A stretch of 64,000 nucleotides of DNA from Candidatus Parcubacteria bacterium (lineage in GTDB: Bacteria > Patescibacteriota > Minisyncoccia > UBA6257 > 2-01-FULL-56-20). Made by a program: the position numbers and the translations under genes. Position 1 is the first letter of the stretch, and each line of letters begins with the position of its first letter. Under the pieces are notes generated by a model, which was not told the DNA's origin, searched no databases, and saw only the letters and a list, made by a program, of their open reading frames with translations. The DNA lies in the NCBI GenBank assembly GCA_027355945.1, contig DAIEHA010000001.1, forward strand, positions 3,390 through 67,389. Reading direction: 5' to 3'. Below, in pieces: positions 27,655 to 36,992 of the stretch.

Positions 27655-28754
27655 ACCACCGCCATCGCACATCCGCTCTCATCGTCATAGGCGCCGCAGC
27701 CCTCGCCATCGTTCTTTTCGCTGCAAGCGGCACGACGCACGCTGGAACGCTGTACGGCATCTCGGACACCCTTTCGACATCCGCCCCGGGACAGTCCGCG
27801 AACCATACGATCACGTTCACGACGAACAGTGCGATCCCCCAGAACGACACCATTGCGATCGTATTCGATCCCGTGACGAACGCGTTCGGGGGTATCGGTG
27901 CCATCACGTTGGGGGACATCCAGTTCACCGGCGCCACCCTTGTTTCCGCATGTGCGGGAAGCGGGAACGATGTGACGTTCGCCACAAGCACCACGCCGGG
28001 GAGCGAGGGCGTCATATTCACGGTCTGCCCATCGAACACCGTCGCCTCGGGTACGAAGACGATCGCGATCAACAACAATCGCATCGTCAATCCGACGACC
28101 ACCCAGTCCTATGCGATCGACATAAAAGGCACCATGCCCGATTCGGGGGAGACGAGGGTTGCCATCATTCCCGCGGTCACCGTCCAGGCCGCCGTGGCAA
28201 CGAACTTTTCCTTCAGCATCCTCGGCATTGCGACGGGTACGGCGATCAATGGCGTGACGACGACGGGGGCTTCGGCAAGCACGAGTATGGCATTCGGATT
28301 GCTCTCGCCGAACGTGCCCAAGGTCCTAGGGCAGGAGCTTTCGGTGTCCACGAACGCCGCGAACGGATTTGCGGTGACCGTACACGAGGATCAGGACCTT
28401 ACGAGCGGCAGCGGTGCGACGATCCATCTTTTCGACAATGGCGATGCGACATCCACCCCCATCCCATGGGTTGCGCCCTCGGCGATCGCCGCGGAGCCCG
28501 CCACCTACGGCCATATCGGCGTGACGACCGATGACAGCCTGCTGAGCGGCGGCGCATACGCGGGAGCGAAGTTCGTGGGCGCGTTCAATCCTACCTCCAC
28601 GCTCACGGTGTTCTCGAACACGGGTCCTGGCGACGGGACCACGCAGAATGTCGGCAAGGCGGATGTTGCATATCAGATAGAGATATCGGGATTGCAGGCT
28701 GCCGCCACCGACTATTCCAACAATCTCATCTACGTGGCGACCCCCGTGTTCTGA
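27651..28754 (+). CDS. Secreted Thr/Ser/Gly-rich surface protein (hypothetical)
   Basis: Signal peptide MNHRHRTSALIVIGAAALAIVLFAASGTTHA; 367 aa of T/S/G/A/N-rich beta-type sequence. Confidence 0.55.
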   Translation: MNHRHRTSALIVIGAAALAIVLFAASGTTHAGTLYGISDTLSTSAPGQSANHTITFTTNSAIPQNDTIAIVFDPVTNAFGGIGAITLGDIQFTGATLVSACAGSGNDVTFATSTTPGSEGVIFTVCPSNTVASGTKTIAINNNRIVNPTTTQSYAIDIKGTMPDSGETRVAIIPAVTVQAAVATNFSFSILGIATGTAINGVTTTGASASTSMAFGLLSPNVPKVLGQELSVSTNAANGFAVTVHEDQDLTSGSGATIHLFDNGDATSTPIPWVAPSAIAAEPATYGHIGVTTDDSLLSGGAYAGAKFVGAFNPTSTLTVFSNTGPGDGTTQNVGKADVAYQIEISGLQAAATDYSNNLIYVATPVF

Positions 28755-28820
28755 TCATCGTTCCAGGTCCGGATCGAAAACCGCCGCCCTTATAAAGGCG
28801 GCGGTGGGTATGAAGATGCC

Positions 28821-28907
28821 ATATACAAAGCGGAAGGGGAGAGATTCGAACTCTCGAGGCCCTTGCGAGCCTGCCGCATTTCGAGTGCGGTGCCTTCGAC
28901 CACTCAG
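28821..28907 (-). tRNA. tRNA-Ser (anticodon CGA), long variable arm, no encoded CCA
   Basis: Reverse strand GGAAGGGTGGCTGAGTGGTCGAAGGCACCGCACTCGAAATGCGGCAGGCTCGCAAGGGCCTCGAGAGTTCGAATCTCTCCCCTTCCG. Anticodon loop CUCGAAA, 7-bp acceptor stem, T-loop TTCGAAT. Confidence 0.85.
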
Positions 28908-28987
28908 CCACCCTTCCGCTTTGTATACGTACGATCCTCTGCGCGATACCCTAATGAGATTAAACGAACCATCCGGGAAATTCAAGA

Positions 28988-29023
28988 ACGGAAAGAAAAG
29001 CGCGCCACAGGGGAGTGGCGCGC
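28988..29023 (-). terminator. Rho-independent terminator for minus-strand gene 29055-29444
   Basis: Perfect stem GCGCGCCAC (loop agggga) GTGGCGCGC, followed on the minus strand by a CTTTTCTTTCC run. Confidence 0.65.
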
Positions 29024-29054
29024 GGTGGGAAAAGGGTAATCCGACGGGTTCCGA

Positions 29055-29444
29055 TCAATGGATATGAGGGGACCCATGGGAAAGGAGCAAGATGTACTTT
29101 TCCGAAGCGCCTCCGCATGCGAGGCATTTCACGCATGTCGTCGCATGTTGCCGGACGACGGCATAGTCGTTGCGGACCTCTGCTGGGGACGGTAGGAAGG
29201 CATTGAACGGATCGGATGCGGCGTGCGTCCGTTCCGCGATGATGAGCTTCCTAAGGGCGGAGAAACTTAGTGTTCCGGCGTAGAACGCACGAACCTTCTC
29301 GAGAAGATTCGCGTCGGCCGTGCATACGAAGGATGATGCGGGTGTCGCAATCGTGCCAGTGGGGGTTTTCATCCTGGGAAAATTGAAGGGAACGAGCATC
29401 CCTTCCCGGACAGCGTAGCGGATATCTGTCATCTTGATCATCAT
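29055..29444 (-). CDS. Hypothetical protein
   Basis: 129 aa ORF with its own downstream terminator; contains CVKCLACGG; no family recognised. Confidence 0.4.
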   Translation of the reverse strand: MMIKMTDIRYAVREGMLVPFNFPRMKTPTGTIATPASSFVCTADANLLEKVRAFYAGTLSFSALRKLIIAERTHAASDPFNAFLPSPAEVRNDYAVVRQHATTCVKCLACGGASEKYILLLSHGSPHIH

Positions 29445-29542
29445 TTTTACCCTGATGGTTGGAATGGCCCGTCGGCCTCGGGAGGCCTGCAGGCGGCTAA
29501 TGAATAGAATACAACATTTTATGAAAAATGCAAAGGTCGCGG

Positions 29543-29614
29543 TGCCCTCGGGAAGAATCGAACTCCCATTTTGCCCTTAGGACGGGCCAGTTCTATCCAT
29601 TGAACTACGAGGGC
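29543..29614 (-). tRNA. tRNA-Arg (anticodon CCT), no encoded CCA
   Basis: Reverse strand GCCCTCGTAGTTCAATGGATAGAACTGGCCCGTCCTAAGGGCAAAATGGGAGTTCGATTCTTCCCGAGGGCA. Cloverleaf with anticodon loop GUCCUAA. Confidence 0.8.
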
Positions 29615-29663
29615 TTTGCCTCTATACTATAGACGGCGCGGAAAGGTATGGCAATCGCGATCC

Positions 29664-29734
29664 GGGCTCATAGTAAAATGGTATTACGCCTCCATGGCAT
29701 GGAGGAGGTCGGGGTTCGATTCCCCGTGGGTCCA
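29664..29734 (+). tRNA. tRNA-Ala (anticodon GGC) with G3:U70 identity pair, no encoded CCA
   Basis: GGGCTCATAGTAAAATGGTATTACGCCTCCATGGCATGGAGGAGGTCGGGGTTCGATTCCCCGTGGGTCCA; anticodon loop AUGGCAU. Confidence 0.85.
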
Positions 29735-29738
29735 CACG

Positions 29739-29825
29739 GGTGGGGTGGCCGAGCGGTTTAAGGCGGCAGTCTTGAAAACTGCTGTACTCGAAAGGGTACC
29801 GTGAGTTCGAATCTCACCCCCACCG
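29739..29825 (+). tRNA. tRNA-Ser (anticodon TGA), long variable arm, no encoded CCA
   Basis: GGTGGGGTGGCCGAGCGGTTTAAGGCGGCAGTCTTGAAAACTGCTGTACTCGAAAGGGTACCGTGAGTTCGAATCTCACCCCCACCG; anticodon loop CUUGAAA. Confidence 0.85.
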
Positions 29826-29918
29826 CAGCAGCGGACAGTACTGCAAGATTTGCATGAAAAGCAGAAAGTGGCTTATGTTCCCGCTCCAGTGCATAGCGCG
29901 GCTTGATGGGCCGCACGA

Positions 29919-30680
29919 TCAAAACCCGAAGAGCAATTTAATCGCAAGGACCCCTCCGATGAATATGAACAGCCATTTGATGAACTTATTCCCTTTGCCT
30001 TTCGCGTATTTTGAACCGATATGCGCGCCCGCCACCGATCCCGCTGCTGCAAGGATCATCATCGGCACGTCATAATATCCTCGCAGGATGAACAGTATTG
30101 CCGCAAAGAGCGCCCACGAGAAGGAAACGAGATAGTAGTGGGCGAGGCCGTCGATGAAATCGAAGCCATTGGTATAGAAGGTGAGTGTGGTGAACAAGAT
30201 GCCATTTCCCGATCCAAATACCGTCTCATAGAATCCGAGGATGAGGGCGAACGGGTACGCGATAGCTTGCCGGGCGCGAGAATACGTATGCCGCTCGCGC
30301 AAACCGAGGTTCTTCTTGAGATACGTATAGGTGACGAGCGCCAGGATGATGATGCCCACGAAGACAGCAAGGGTCCTTTGATCGATGCTCGTCACAAGGA
30401 CGACGCCGAGGTAGGTTCCTATGAGCCCTATGATCGAAAATATGCCGACGAGTTCCCAGCGGACGGTTCTGCCTTTCAGATAATTCCTTGCTGCGGGCAA
30501 TACCCACGCAACGGAATTGACGGAGGAGATCGCCGCGACGAGCGGATACGGGATCCCCATAGAAAGAAGCGCGGGGAAGACGATGATCCCTGCGCCGCCG
30601 CCGGACATCGAGCTCAAAAGCGCTGCAATAAATGCGATGGCGCAAATGAGAAGATCCCTCATAGGCTTATTATAATCCAT
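29919..30680 (-). CDS. TauE/SafE-family (DUF81) membrane transporter
   Basis: Polytopic membrane protein with Gly-rich repeated halves (MSGGGAGIIVFP..., GFYETVFGSGNGILF). Start taken at MDYNKPMRDLL (ATG 30680). Confidence 0.7.
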   Translation of the reverse strand: MDYNKPMRDLLICAIAFIAALLSSMSGGGAGIIVFPALLSMGIPYPLVAAISSVNSVAWVLPAARNYLKGRTVRWELVGIFSIIGLIGTYLGVVLVTSIDQRTLAVFVGIIILALVTYTYLKKNLGLRERHTYSRARQAIAYPFALILGFYETVFGSGNGILFTTLTFYTNGFDFIDGLAHYYLVSFSWALFAAILFILRGYYDVPMMILAAAGSVAGAHIGSKYAKGKGNKFIKWLFIFIGGVLAIKLLFGF

Positions 30681-30839
30681 CTCCACAAAAAACCTTCGAC
30701 CGCGATGCGGCGTCCTATCCGGGGTGAAAAGGGATATTCGTTGCATGCAATGGATCATGACGTCCCGCAGGAAGCCCCCGCGTTTGCATAAGCCTCGTGT
30801 TTTGGGTATATTTTTCTGGACGGTGATATGCCGTGCGGC

Positions 30840-30912
30840 GCCACCTTAGCTCAGCTGGTAGAGCAGTGCTTTCGTAAAGCAAAGGTCCCCGGTTCGAATC
30901 CGGGAGGTGGCT
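30840..30912 (+). tRNA. tRNA-Thr (anticodon CGT), no encoded CCA
   Basis: GCCACCTTAGCTCAGCTGGTAGAGCAGTGCTTTCGTAAAGCAAAGGTCCCCGGTTCGAATCCGGGAGGTGGCT; anticodon loop UUCGUAA. Confidence 0.85.
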
Positions 30913-30942
30913 CAAAGAAAGGGAAAAGGGTACGATATCCGT

Positions 30943-31371
30943 ATGGGACAAGAATCATTTCCTGATGACGGCAAGAAGGAAGGGCAGGAAGATCCGCAGG
31001 GGTCCTTCGACTTCGAGGCCGCGGGCGAACCCCTGATAAACGAGCCGAAGGTCATCTTCCGCGCGCTCTGCTCGTATCCCGATGGACGCTATGAGAATGA
31101 GGATCTTCGCGAGGGAGAGGGGGGATTGTTCTATAATGAGGCGGGCGACGCATTCGAAAAGGAGGAGCAGGGAGGGAAGAGGGTGGCGTATAAACTGAAC
31201 GCCACGGCGGAGTTCCTCGCCATGCAGAAAAAGGTCCGCGAGGCGAACCCCTCCCTTCATCCCGAGCTCATCGATGAGTATGCGCGCATGCGGCTGCGGG
31301 ACCAGCGTCGCAAGGAGCGTCTCGAAAAGGAGGCAGAGGAACGGCGGGCGGCAAAAAAAAGGAAAAAATAA
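30943..31371 (+). CDS. Hypothetical acidic/charged protein
   Basis: ORF MGQESFPDDGKKEGQEDPQGSFDFEAAGEPL...RRKERLEKEAEERRAAKKRKK, disordered-looking. The upstream ATG at 30907 is rejected because it overlaps the tRNA-Thr gene. Confidence 0.4.
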   Translation: MGQESFPDDGKKEGQEDPQGSFDFEAAGEPLINEPKVIFRALCSYPDGRYENEDLREGEGGLFYNEAGDAFEKEEQGGKRVAYKLNATAEFLAMQKKVREANPSLHPELIDEYARMRLRDQRRKERLEKEAEERRAAKKRKK

Positions 31372-31392
31372 CGATTCAACGGTACGACACAT

Positions 31393-32455
31393 ATGGACTA
31401 TAAAGACGAATTGAAAGAACTGGTTTCCGAAGCCCGCCGACTTGGCGGGCGGCTTTGACGTGGATGCCAAAAGAGCGAGGCTGAAAGAACTTACGGACGC
31501 CATGGCGGCGCCTGGATTTTGGAGCGATCGCGCAAAGGCGGATGAGGCGATCAGGGAGCTTGGAGGGCTTCAGGACGTCGTGGAGCGGTATGGGGATATC
31601 GAGGAGGGGATCCTCGGGCTCGAGATGGCGTCCGGAGGAGGCGGTACGGTGGACGAGAACGCGTTCCATGATCTGAAGCGCCGGTTCAGGGCCTTCGAGC
31701 TCACGCAGCTGTTCACGGGACGGTACGATGCCCAGGCCGCGGTGATCTCCGTCTATCCTGGGGCGGGCGGTGCGGATGCCGAGGATTGGGCGCGGATGCT
31801 CGGGGCGATGTATGAAGGATATGCGGCGCGGCGCGGATGGAAGGTCCGCGAGGTGGATGACAGCATCCGATCGCGGACGATCGAGATCCGTGGCGATCAT
31901 GCGTACGGCTATTTGAAGAATGAATCGGGGGTGCATCGCCTCGTACGGATCTCGCCGTTCAATGCGAAACACTCGCGCGAGACATCCTTCGCGCTCGTCG
32001 AGGTGATGCCCGACCTTCCGGCGCTCGAGGAATCGAAGCTCGCCATTCCAGAAGGGGACCTCAAGTTCGAATTTTCCCGTGCCGGCGGTCCGGGCGGGCA
32101 GAACGTGAACAAGGTGGAGACCGCGGTGCGCGTGACGCATGTGCCGACGGGGATGACCGTATCGGCGCGTACCGAGCGGTCCCAGGCGCAGAACCGGGAA
32201 TATGCCGTAAAGCTCCTCAAGGCGAAACTCTTCCAGCTCATGGAGAAGGAGAAGGTCGAGGAGGTGGGCGCGCTGCGTACCAAGGTGAAGCCGGAGTGGG
32301 GGAACCAGATACGCTCCTATGTGCTGAACCCCTATCAGATGGTGAAGGATCACCGTACAGATGCGGAGACCTCCCGCGTGGACGGGGTGCTCGAGGGCGA
32401 TATCGATATGTTCATCGAAGCGATGCTTGAAAAGGCGGCGGAGTCCCTCAAGTAG
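31393..32455 (+). CDS. prfB: Peptide chain release factor 2 with programmed +1 ribosomal frameshift (join 31393..31455, 31457..32455)
   Basis: Frame 0 reads ATG...MDYKDELKELVSEARRLGGRL then in-frame TGA inside CTT TGA C (31453-31459). The +1 frame continues DVDAKRARLKELTD...SPFNAKHSRETSFALVEV...GGPGGQNVNKVETAVR (GGQ motif). Confidence 0.88.
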
Positions 32456-32479
32456 CGACCCGTTCCTGTAAATGGTAGA

Positions 32480-33793
32480 ATGAACCTACTTATGAAACCC
32501 ATGACAAAAATGCGCAAGGTGCTGCAGATGGGGCTCGTCATCATACTGGGGCTCGTGCTTGTGGGAAGCGGGTTCTGGCTCGGCTGGAGTTCGGGAAGGA
32601 AATACCCCGAGAACATCGTCGTGACCGATGCGGCGAACATCGCAGGCCCCACGGGAACCCCGTCCGCGGCGGATTTCAGCGTGTTCTGGCAGGCATGGCA
32701 GGACCTCGATCAATACTATTTGAACAATCCAAGCTCGACCGATCAGCAGAAGATGTACGGAGCGATCCAGGGTCTTCTCGCCTCGACGGGCGATCCCTAC
32801 ACCGAATTCTTCAATCCCAAGGACAACGCGCAGTTCCAGCAGGACATCACGGGCAATTTCGGGGGGATCGGTGCGGAACTTGGCACGAGCGCATCGGGCA
32901 CCATCGTCGTCATCTCACCCCTCGCGGGCACACCGGCCGCCAAGGCGGGACTCAAGCCTCAGGACCAGATCGTTGCGGTGAACGGGAGTTCGACTGTGGG
33001 AATGAACGTGGATGATGTCGTGAATATCGTGCGCGGCCCGGTGGGGTCCACGGTGACGCTGTCCATCCTGCGTGCCGGATGGAGCGCGCCGAAGGATTTC
33101 AGCATCGTGCGTGCGAACATCAACGTGCCAACCGTGGAGTTCTCCATGAAAGGTGCGGTTGCGGTGATCACGCTCAATGAGTTCACACAGGACGCCGATT
33201 CGCTTTTCTATCAGGCGCTTCAGAAAGCGGTGGCGCATAATGCACAGGGGATCGTATTGGACCTCCGGGGCGATCCGGGCGGGTATCTCGAGGTTGCGGT
33301 GGATCTCGCAGGATACTTCCTGAAACCCGGTTCCCAGGTGGTGAAAGAGGTGGGACGCGCGGTCCCGACGCAGAATTTCACCGCTCAGGGCAATGGCGCT
33401 CTTGCGGGGATGCCGATGGCGATCCTCATTGATGGAGGTACCGCGAGCGCGGCCGAGATCCTTTCGGGCGCCCTTCACGACGATCGGAACGTGCCCCTCG
33501 TGGGAGAGAGGAGTTTTGGCAAGGGGACCGTGCAACAGCTTTTCAACCTTTCCGACGGGTCTGCGCTCAAGATCACGGTGGCACATTGGGTGCTTCCGAA
33601 CGGACACATCCTCGATCACGACGGTCTCGTGCCGGATTACGCCGTACCCATCACGGATGCACAGGTGGCGAGCGGGCAGGATCCTCAGATGGCGAAGGCC
33701 CTCGAGATAATCCAAGATGAGATCGCGGGAACCCCGCTTCCTCCGAAGACCCAGACTGCCGCTGCCGGTGCGGCGAGCACTACTGCGCAATAA
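32480..33793 (+). CDS. S41-family C-terminal processing peptidase (CtpA/Prc-like) with PDZ domain
   Basis: N-terminal TM; PDZ ([17 protein letters not shown]); catalytic region [10 protein letters not shown]...[12 protein letters not shown]. Confidence 0.85.
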   Translation: MNLLMKPMTKMRKVLQMGLVIILGLVLVGSGFWLGWSSGRKYPENIVVTDAANIAGPTGTPSAADFSVFWQAWQDLDQYYLNNPSSTDQQKMYGAIQGLLASTGDPYTEFFNPKDNAQFQQDITGNFGGIGAELGTSASGTIVVISPLAGTPAAKAGLKPQDQIVAVNGSSTVGMNVDDVVNIVRGPVGSTVTLSILRAGWSAPKDFSIVRANINVPTVEFSMKGAVAVITLNEFTQDADSLFYQALQKAVAHNAQGIVLDLRGDPGGYLEVAVDLAGYFLKPGSQVVKEVGRAVPTQNFTAQGNGALAGMPMAILIDGGTASAAEILSGALHDDRNVPLVGERSFGKGTVQQLFNLSDGSALKITVAHWVLPNGHILDHDGLVPDYAVPITDAQVASGQDPQMAKALEIIQDEIAGTPLPPKTQTAAAGAASTTAQ

Positions 33794-33851
33794 AACGGGC
33801 CTCGGGGAGGTAATAAGATACGGAAGCCATCACAATAATTTTTTACGAACC

Positions 33852-34301
33852 ATGAAGGTAATCTTTCTGCAGGATGTACGGGGGGTGGGGCGGAAGAATG
33901 ACACAAAGGATGTGAGCGACGGGTATGCGCGCAATTTCCTCCTTCCGAACAAGCTTGCGGAGCCTGCGACGCCGGCGGCGCTCAAGCATTTAGAGGAGAC
34001 GAAGGCGGCGCATGACGCCGCGGATGCCGTGCTCATGAAGGAGCTTGCGGAGGCGAAGCGGGGGATCGAGGCGGTCATCCTCGAGTTTCCCCTGAAGGCG
34101 GACAAATCGGGCACGCCGTTCTCTTCCGTGAACAAGGATACGCTTTTGAAGGCCCTTCGCGACCACAGACTTGTGACGACGGAACGGGTGGGGATCGAAT
34201 TGAAATATCCCATCAAGGAGTTCGGGGACCATGTCGTTCCCATCGATCTCAAGAAGGGGGTTACGGCAGAGCTCAAGATCCGCGTGGTGAAAGAGGAATA
34301 A
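33852..34301 (+). CDS. rplI: 50S ribosomal protein L9
   Basis: [40 protein letters not shown]... Confidence 0.9.
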   Translation: MKVIFLQDVRGVGRKNDTKDVSDGYARNFLLPNKLAEPATPAALKHLEETKAAHDAADAVLMKELAEAKRGIEAVILEFPLKADKSGTPFSSVNKDTLLKALRDHRLVTTERVGIELKYPIKEFGDHVVPIDLKKGVTAELKIRVVKEE

Positions 34302-34357
34302 GAAAACAGGAGGCGCAGCCGTATGGGGCATAGCCCGATGGCGCGCGCACTTGCATT

Positions 34358-34417
34358 GAAAAAACCGCCTTCTTCCTTCAGGGGTTCATACCCTGGAACG
34401 GGAAGAGGGCGGTTTTC
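34358..34417. terminator. Bidirectional rho-independent terminator between convergent rplI and rpmA
   Basis: Long imperfect hairpin AACCGCCTTCTTCC...(CAGGG ttcata CCCTG)...GGGAAGAGGGCGGTT, flanked by AAAAAA on the left and TTTTCTT on the right. Confidence 0.65.
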
Positions 34418-34693
34418 TTATGCGACCACTGCGACCACCGTCGCCTGCTTGCGGGAACCGTCGAAACGGGTCTTCATCTTGCTCGAGAATTTCACGGTGC
34501 CGTTCTTGCCGGCGAAAAGCGTGTCGTCATCGGCCCGGATCACATTCTCACCGGGGACGTACTTGGTGCCGCGCTGGCGGATGATGATCTGTCCGACGGA
34601 GACCTTCTGGCCATCCTGGAGTTTGACGCCGAGCCGCTTCGAGATCGAATCGCGCCCGAGCTTTGTGGAACCTATAGCTTTGGTATGTGCCAT
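34418..34693 (-). CDS. rpmA: 50S ribosomal protein L27
   Basis: [31 protein letters not shown]...[10 protein letters not shown]. Confidence 0.9.
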   Translation of the reverse strand: MAHTKAIGSTKLGRDSISKRLGVKLQDGQKVSVGQIIIRQRGTKYVPGENVIRADDDTLFAGKNGTVKFSSKMKTRFDGSRKQATVVAVVA

Positions 34694-34722
34694 GGGAGGA
34701 ATTTTATGCTATAGTGCGCATA

Positions 34723-35442
34723 ATGTCAACCGTCAATACGCTCATATTCGATATCGAAACGGTGGGGGAGGACTTCGATGCACTCGATAGTGAGACGAAA
34801 AAGAACCTCACGCATTGGATCAGAAGGGATTCTGACACGGAGGAGGAATACAAACTCGCGCTCGAGGATATGAAGAAAGGATTGGGGTTCTCGCCGCTGA
34901 CGGGGCAGATCATCGCGATCGGAGCGCTCGACTGCCATAAGAACGAGGGCGCGGTCTATTATCAGGCGCCCGGACAGAGGAATCCCGAGCACAAGGAGGA
35001 GGGCATCACGTTCAAGCAGATGACGGAGGCGGATATGATCCGGAAGTTCTGGGAGCTCGCGGCGCGATACCAGGTGTTCGTCACATTCAATGGACGCGCA
35101 TTCGATGTGCCGTTCCTCATGGTCCGTTCCGCGGTGAACGGCGTGCGTCCCGTGAAGGACCTTATGCGTGGACGGTATCTCTACCAGAACAGTCCAGAAG
35201 CGCTCCATGTCGACCTTGCCGAACAGTTCTCCTTCTACGGGGCCGTGCGCCGGAAGGGAAGCCTTCATCTCTGGAGCCGTGCGTTCGGCATTCCGAGTCC
35301 CAAGTCCGGTGGCGTGACCGGCGACGACGTGGGGCCCCTCTTCAGGAAGGGGCGATTCCTCGAGATCGCGAAATATAACATGGGGGACATCCGTGCGACC
35401 CGTGAGCTGTATCTGAAGTGGGAACAGTATTTTCAATTCTAA
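34723..35442 (+). CDS. RNase H-like 3'-5' exonuclease-fold protein (PolB-exonuclease/YprB-like)
   Basis: LIFDIETVGEDFDAL...VTFNGRAFDVPFL...KYNMGDIRATRELY; DEDD-like acidic residues in an RNase-H-like layout. Confidence 0.6.
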   Translation: MSTVNTLIFDIETVGEDFDALDSETKKNLTHWIRRDSDTEEEYKLALEDMKKGLGFSPLTGQIIAIGALDCHKNEGAVYYQAPGQRNPEHKEEGITFKQMTEADMIRKFWELAARYQVFVTFNGRAFDVPFLMVRSAVNGVRPVKDLMRGRYLYQNSPEALHVDLAEQFSFYGAVRRKGSLHLWSRAFGIPSPKSGGVTGDDVGPLFRKGRFLEIAKYNMGDIRATRELYLKWEQYFQF

Positions 35443-35800
35443 AAAAGGCGATCTTCGCAGGGCATGCGGCGGCGTGCATCCCCGGCGGGCACGTCCGGAG
35501 CGCATCTTCAGGGGATCTTTAGCGTCCGGTGGTATCTTCAGGAGATGGATATGCGGAGGCTTGCCGTGTTCGGCACATTCGTGTTTGTTGCGGTATCGTT
35601 CGGGTATGCCGCAGGCCATTTTATGGCGCTCGATGATGGCCGGGCGAAGGTTGTCATCGAAGCGTGCTCGGAGGTAGCTTCCTCGTCGATCCTCCGCGGC
35701 GGGACGCCCATAAGGAAAGGGATTTGAGGCGTCCGATAAGGAAGGAGATCTCGATGCAACAAAAAAGACCGCTGCAGCGGTCTTTTTTGCGAAGAGGCGT

Positions 35801-36691
35801 TTATGCCGGTTTCTTCATTCCCTGGTCCACCGAAGCTGCCGGAGGCATCTTTGGTGCGGCTGCGTTCATCACCTGTCCCTGGGCTTGCGCCTGGGTCTGG
35901 GGCTGAACCGATGCCGGCTTCGAGGAGGGGGCGGCGCCGGAGGATTTTACCACCGGAGCTTTAGCTTCCTTTTCGGGCCAGAAGAGGATCGCGAGGATCG
36001 CGATCACGAGCACAATGATGGCGAGCACGGGCCAGTTGGACTTCGTGAATGACCAGAAGGAGGATGCCTGTGCGGTCGCTGCGGCGGGGTTCGCCGTGTT
36101 CACCGCTGCGGTCACGGCAGCTCCTGCCGGGGCCGATGACGTCGCCTGGGCCGTGACCGTCGGGGCAGAGGCATTGCTGCCGGTGCCTGCCGTCGGAGCC
36201 GCGGTCTGGGACGGCGTCAGCGGCGAGGTGATCGCAACCGACGCATTGGCCTGCTCATCCTGGGCGATCTGGACTGTGATCGCGGAAACGGTGTCCTTCA
36301 TGGTGCCGAGCGTCGACGCGACCGCCGAGAGTTGCGCCTGGTCCATGGTGGGGTTTGCCGCGATCGCCGTGTTGAGCTCCGAAAGCATGGTCCCGAGCTG
36401 GGTGAGCACGCCATCGAAGTAGGCGATCTGACTTTCCGTAAGTCCCGTCGTCACCGTCACCGCCGCCGCCTGTGAGGGCTGCGAGGTGGCAGGTATGCTT
36501 TCAGCGATCTGGGTATCGCCCTGCGGGATCATGCCGGCGCGCATCTCGAGATTCACGAGCGTCGCGTGTGCGACATCAAGCTGCTGCTTGAGTGCCGCAG
36601 TATCGGCAGTCTGCGCATGGACGGTTCCCGTCTGCAGGCCGAAGCCCGCAAACATGACCGCCAATACCGCAAAGAAAATAGTCTTTTTCAT
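35801..36691 (-). CDS. Secreted low-complexity protein with C-terminal TM anchor (hypothetical)
   Basis: Signal peptide MKKTIFFAVLAVMFAGFGLQTGTVHA, an A/T/S/Q-rich body, and TM helix VLAIIVLVIAILAILFW near the C-terminus. Confidence 0.5.
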   Translation of the reverse strand: MKKTIFFAVLAVMFAGFGLQTGTVHAQTADTAALKQQLDVAHATLVNLEMRAGMIPQGDTQIAESIPATSQPSQAAAVTVTTGLTESQIAYFDGVLTQLGTMLSELNTAIAANPTMDQAQLSAVASTLGTMKDTVSAITVQIAQDEQANASVAITSPLTPSQTAAPTAGTGSNASAPTVTAQATSSAPAGAAVTAAVNTANPAAATAQASSFWSFTKSNWPVLAIIVLVIAILAILFWPEKEAKAPVVKSSGAAPSSKPASVQPQTQAQAQGQVMNAAAPKMPPAASVDQGMKKPA

Positions 36692-36992
36692 AAATGTGAA
36701 TGTTTTTTTGCAATACTGACGACCTTTCTTGTCGCCTTCGTTCCATATTCAGTTATAAAGGTGCGCAAGCGTCTTTTTGTGTCCGCCTGAAAAATTGAGC
36801 CCACCGATACGGTGGGTATGGTTCTTCGGCTATTATATGCCGAGGAGGGGGTAGGAATGCAAGAGGATTGCGTAGACGCCTTATATTTGCTATAATTTCC
36901 CAATCAGGCCGAAACCCCATCCCGCCCGAACACGGGATTTCTCTTTGTTTGGGGAGAAGGGTCCCGGACTGCACGAAACAACACGATTTTCC

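Noticed and set aside
30907-30942. ATG at 30907 as start of the 30943 ORF
   Set aside because: It would overlap the last 6 nt of tRNA-Thr (30840-30912); the internal ATG at 30943 is more plausible.
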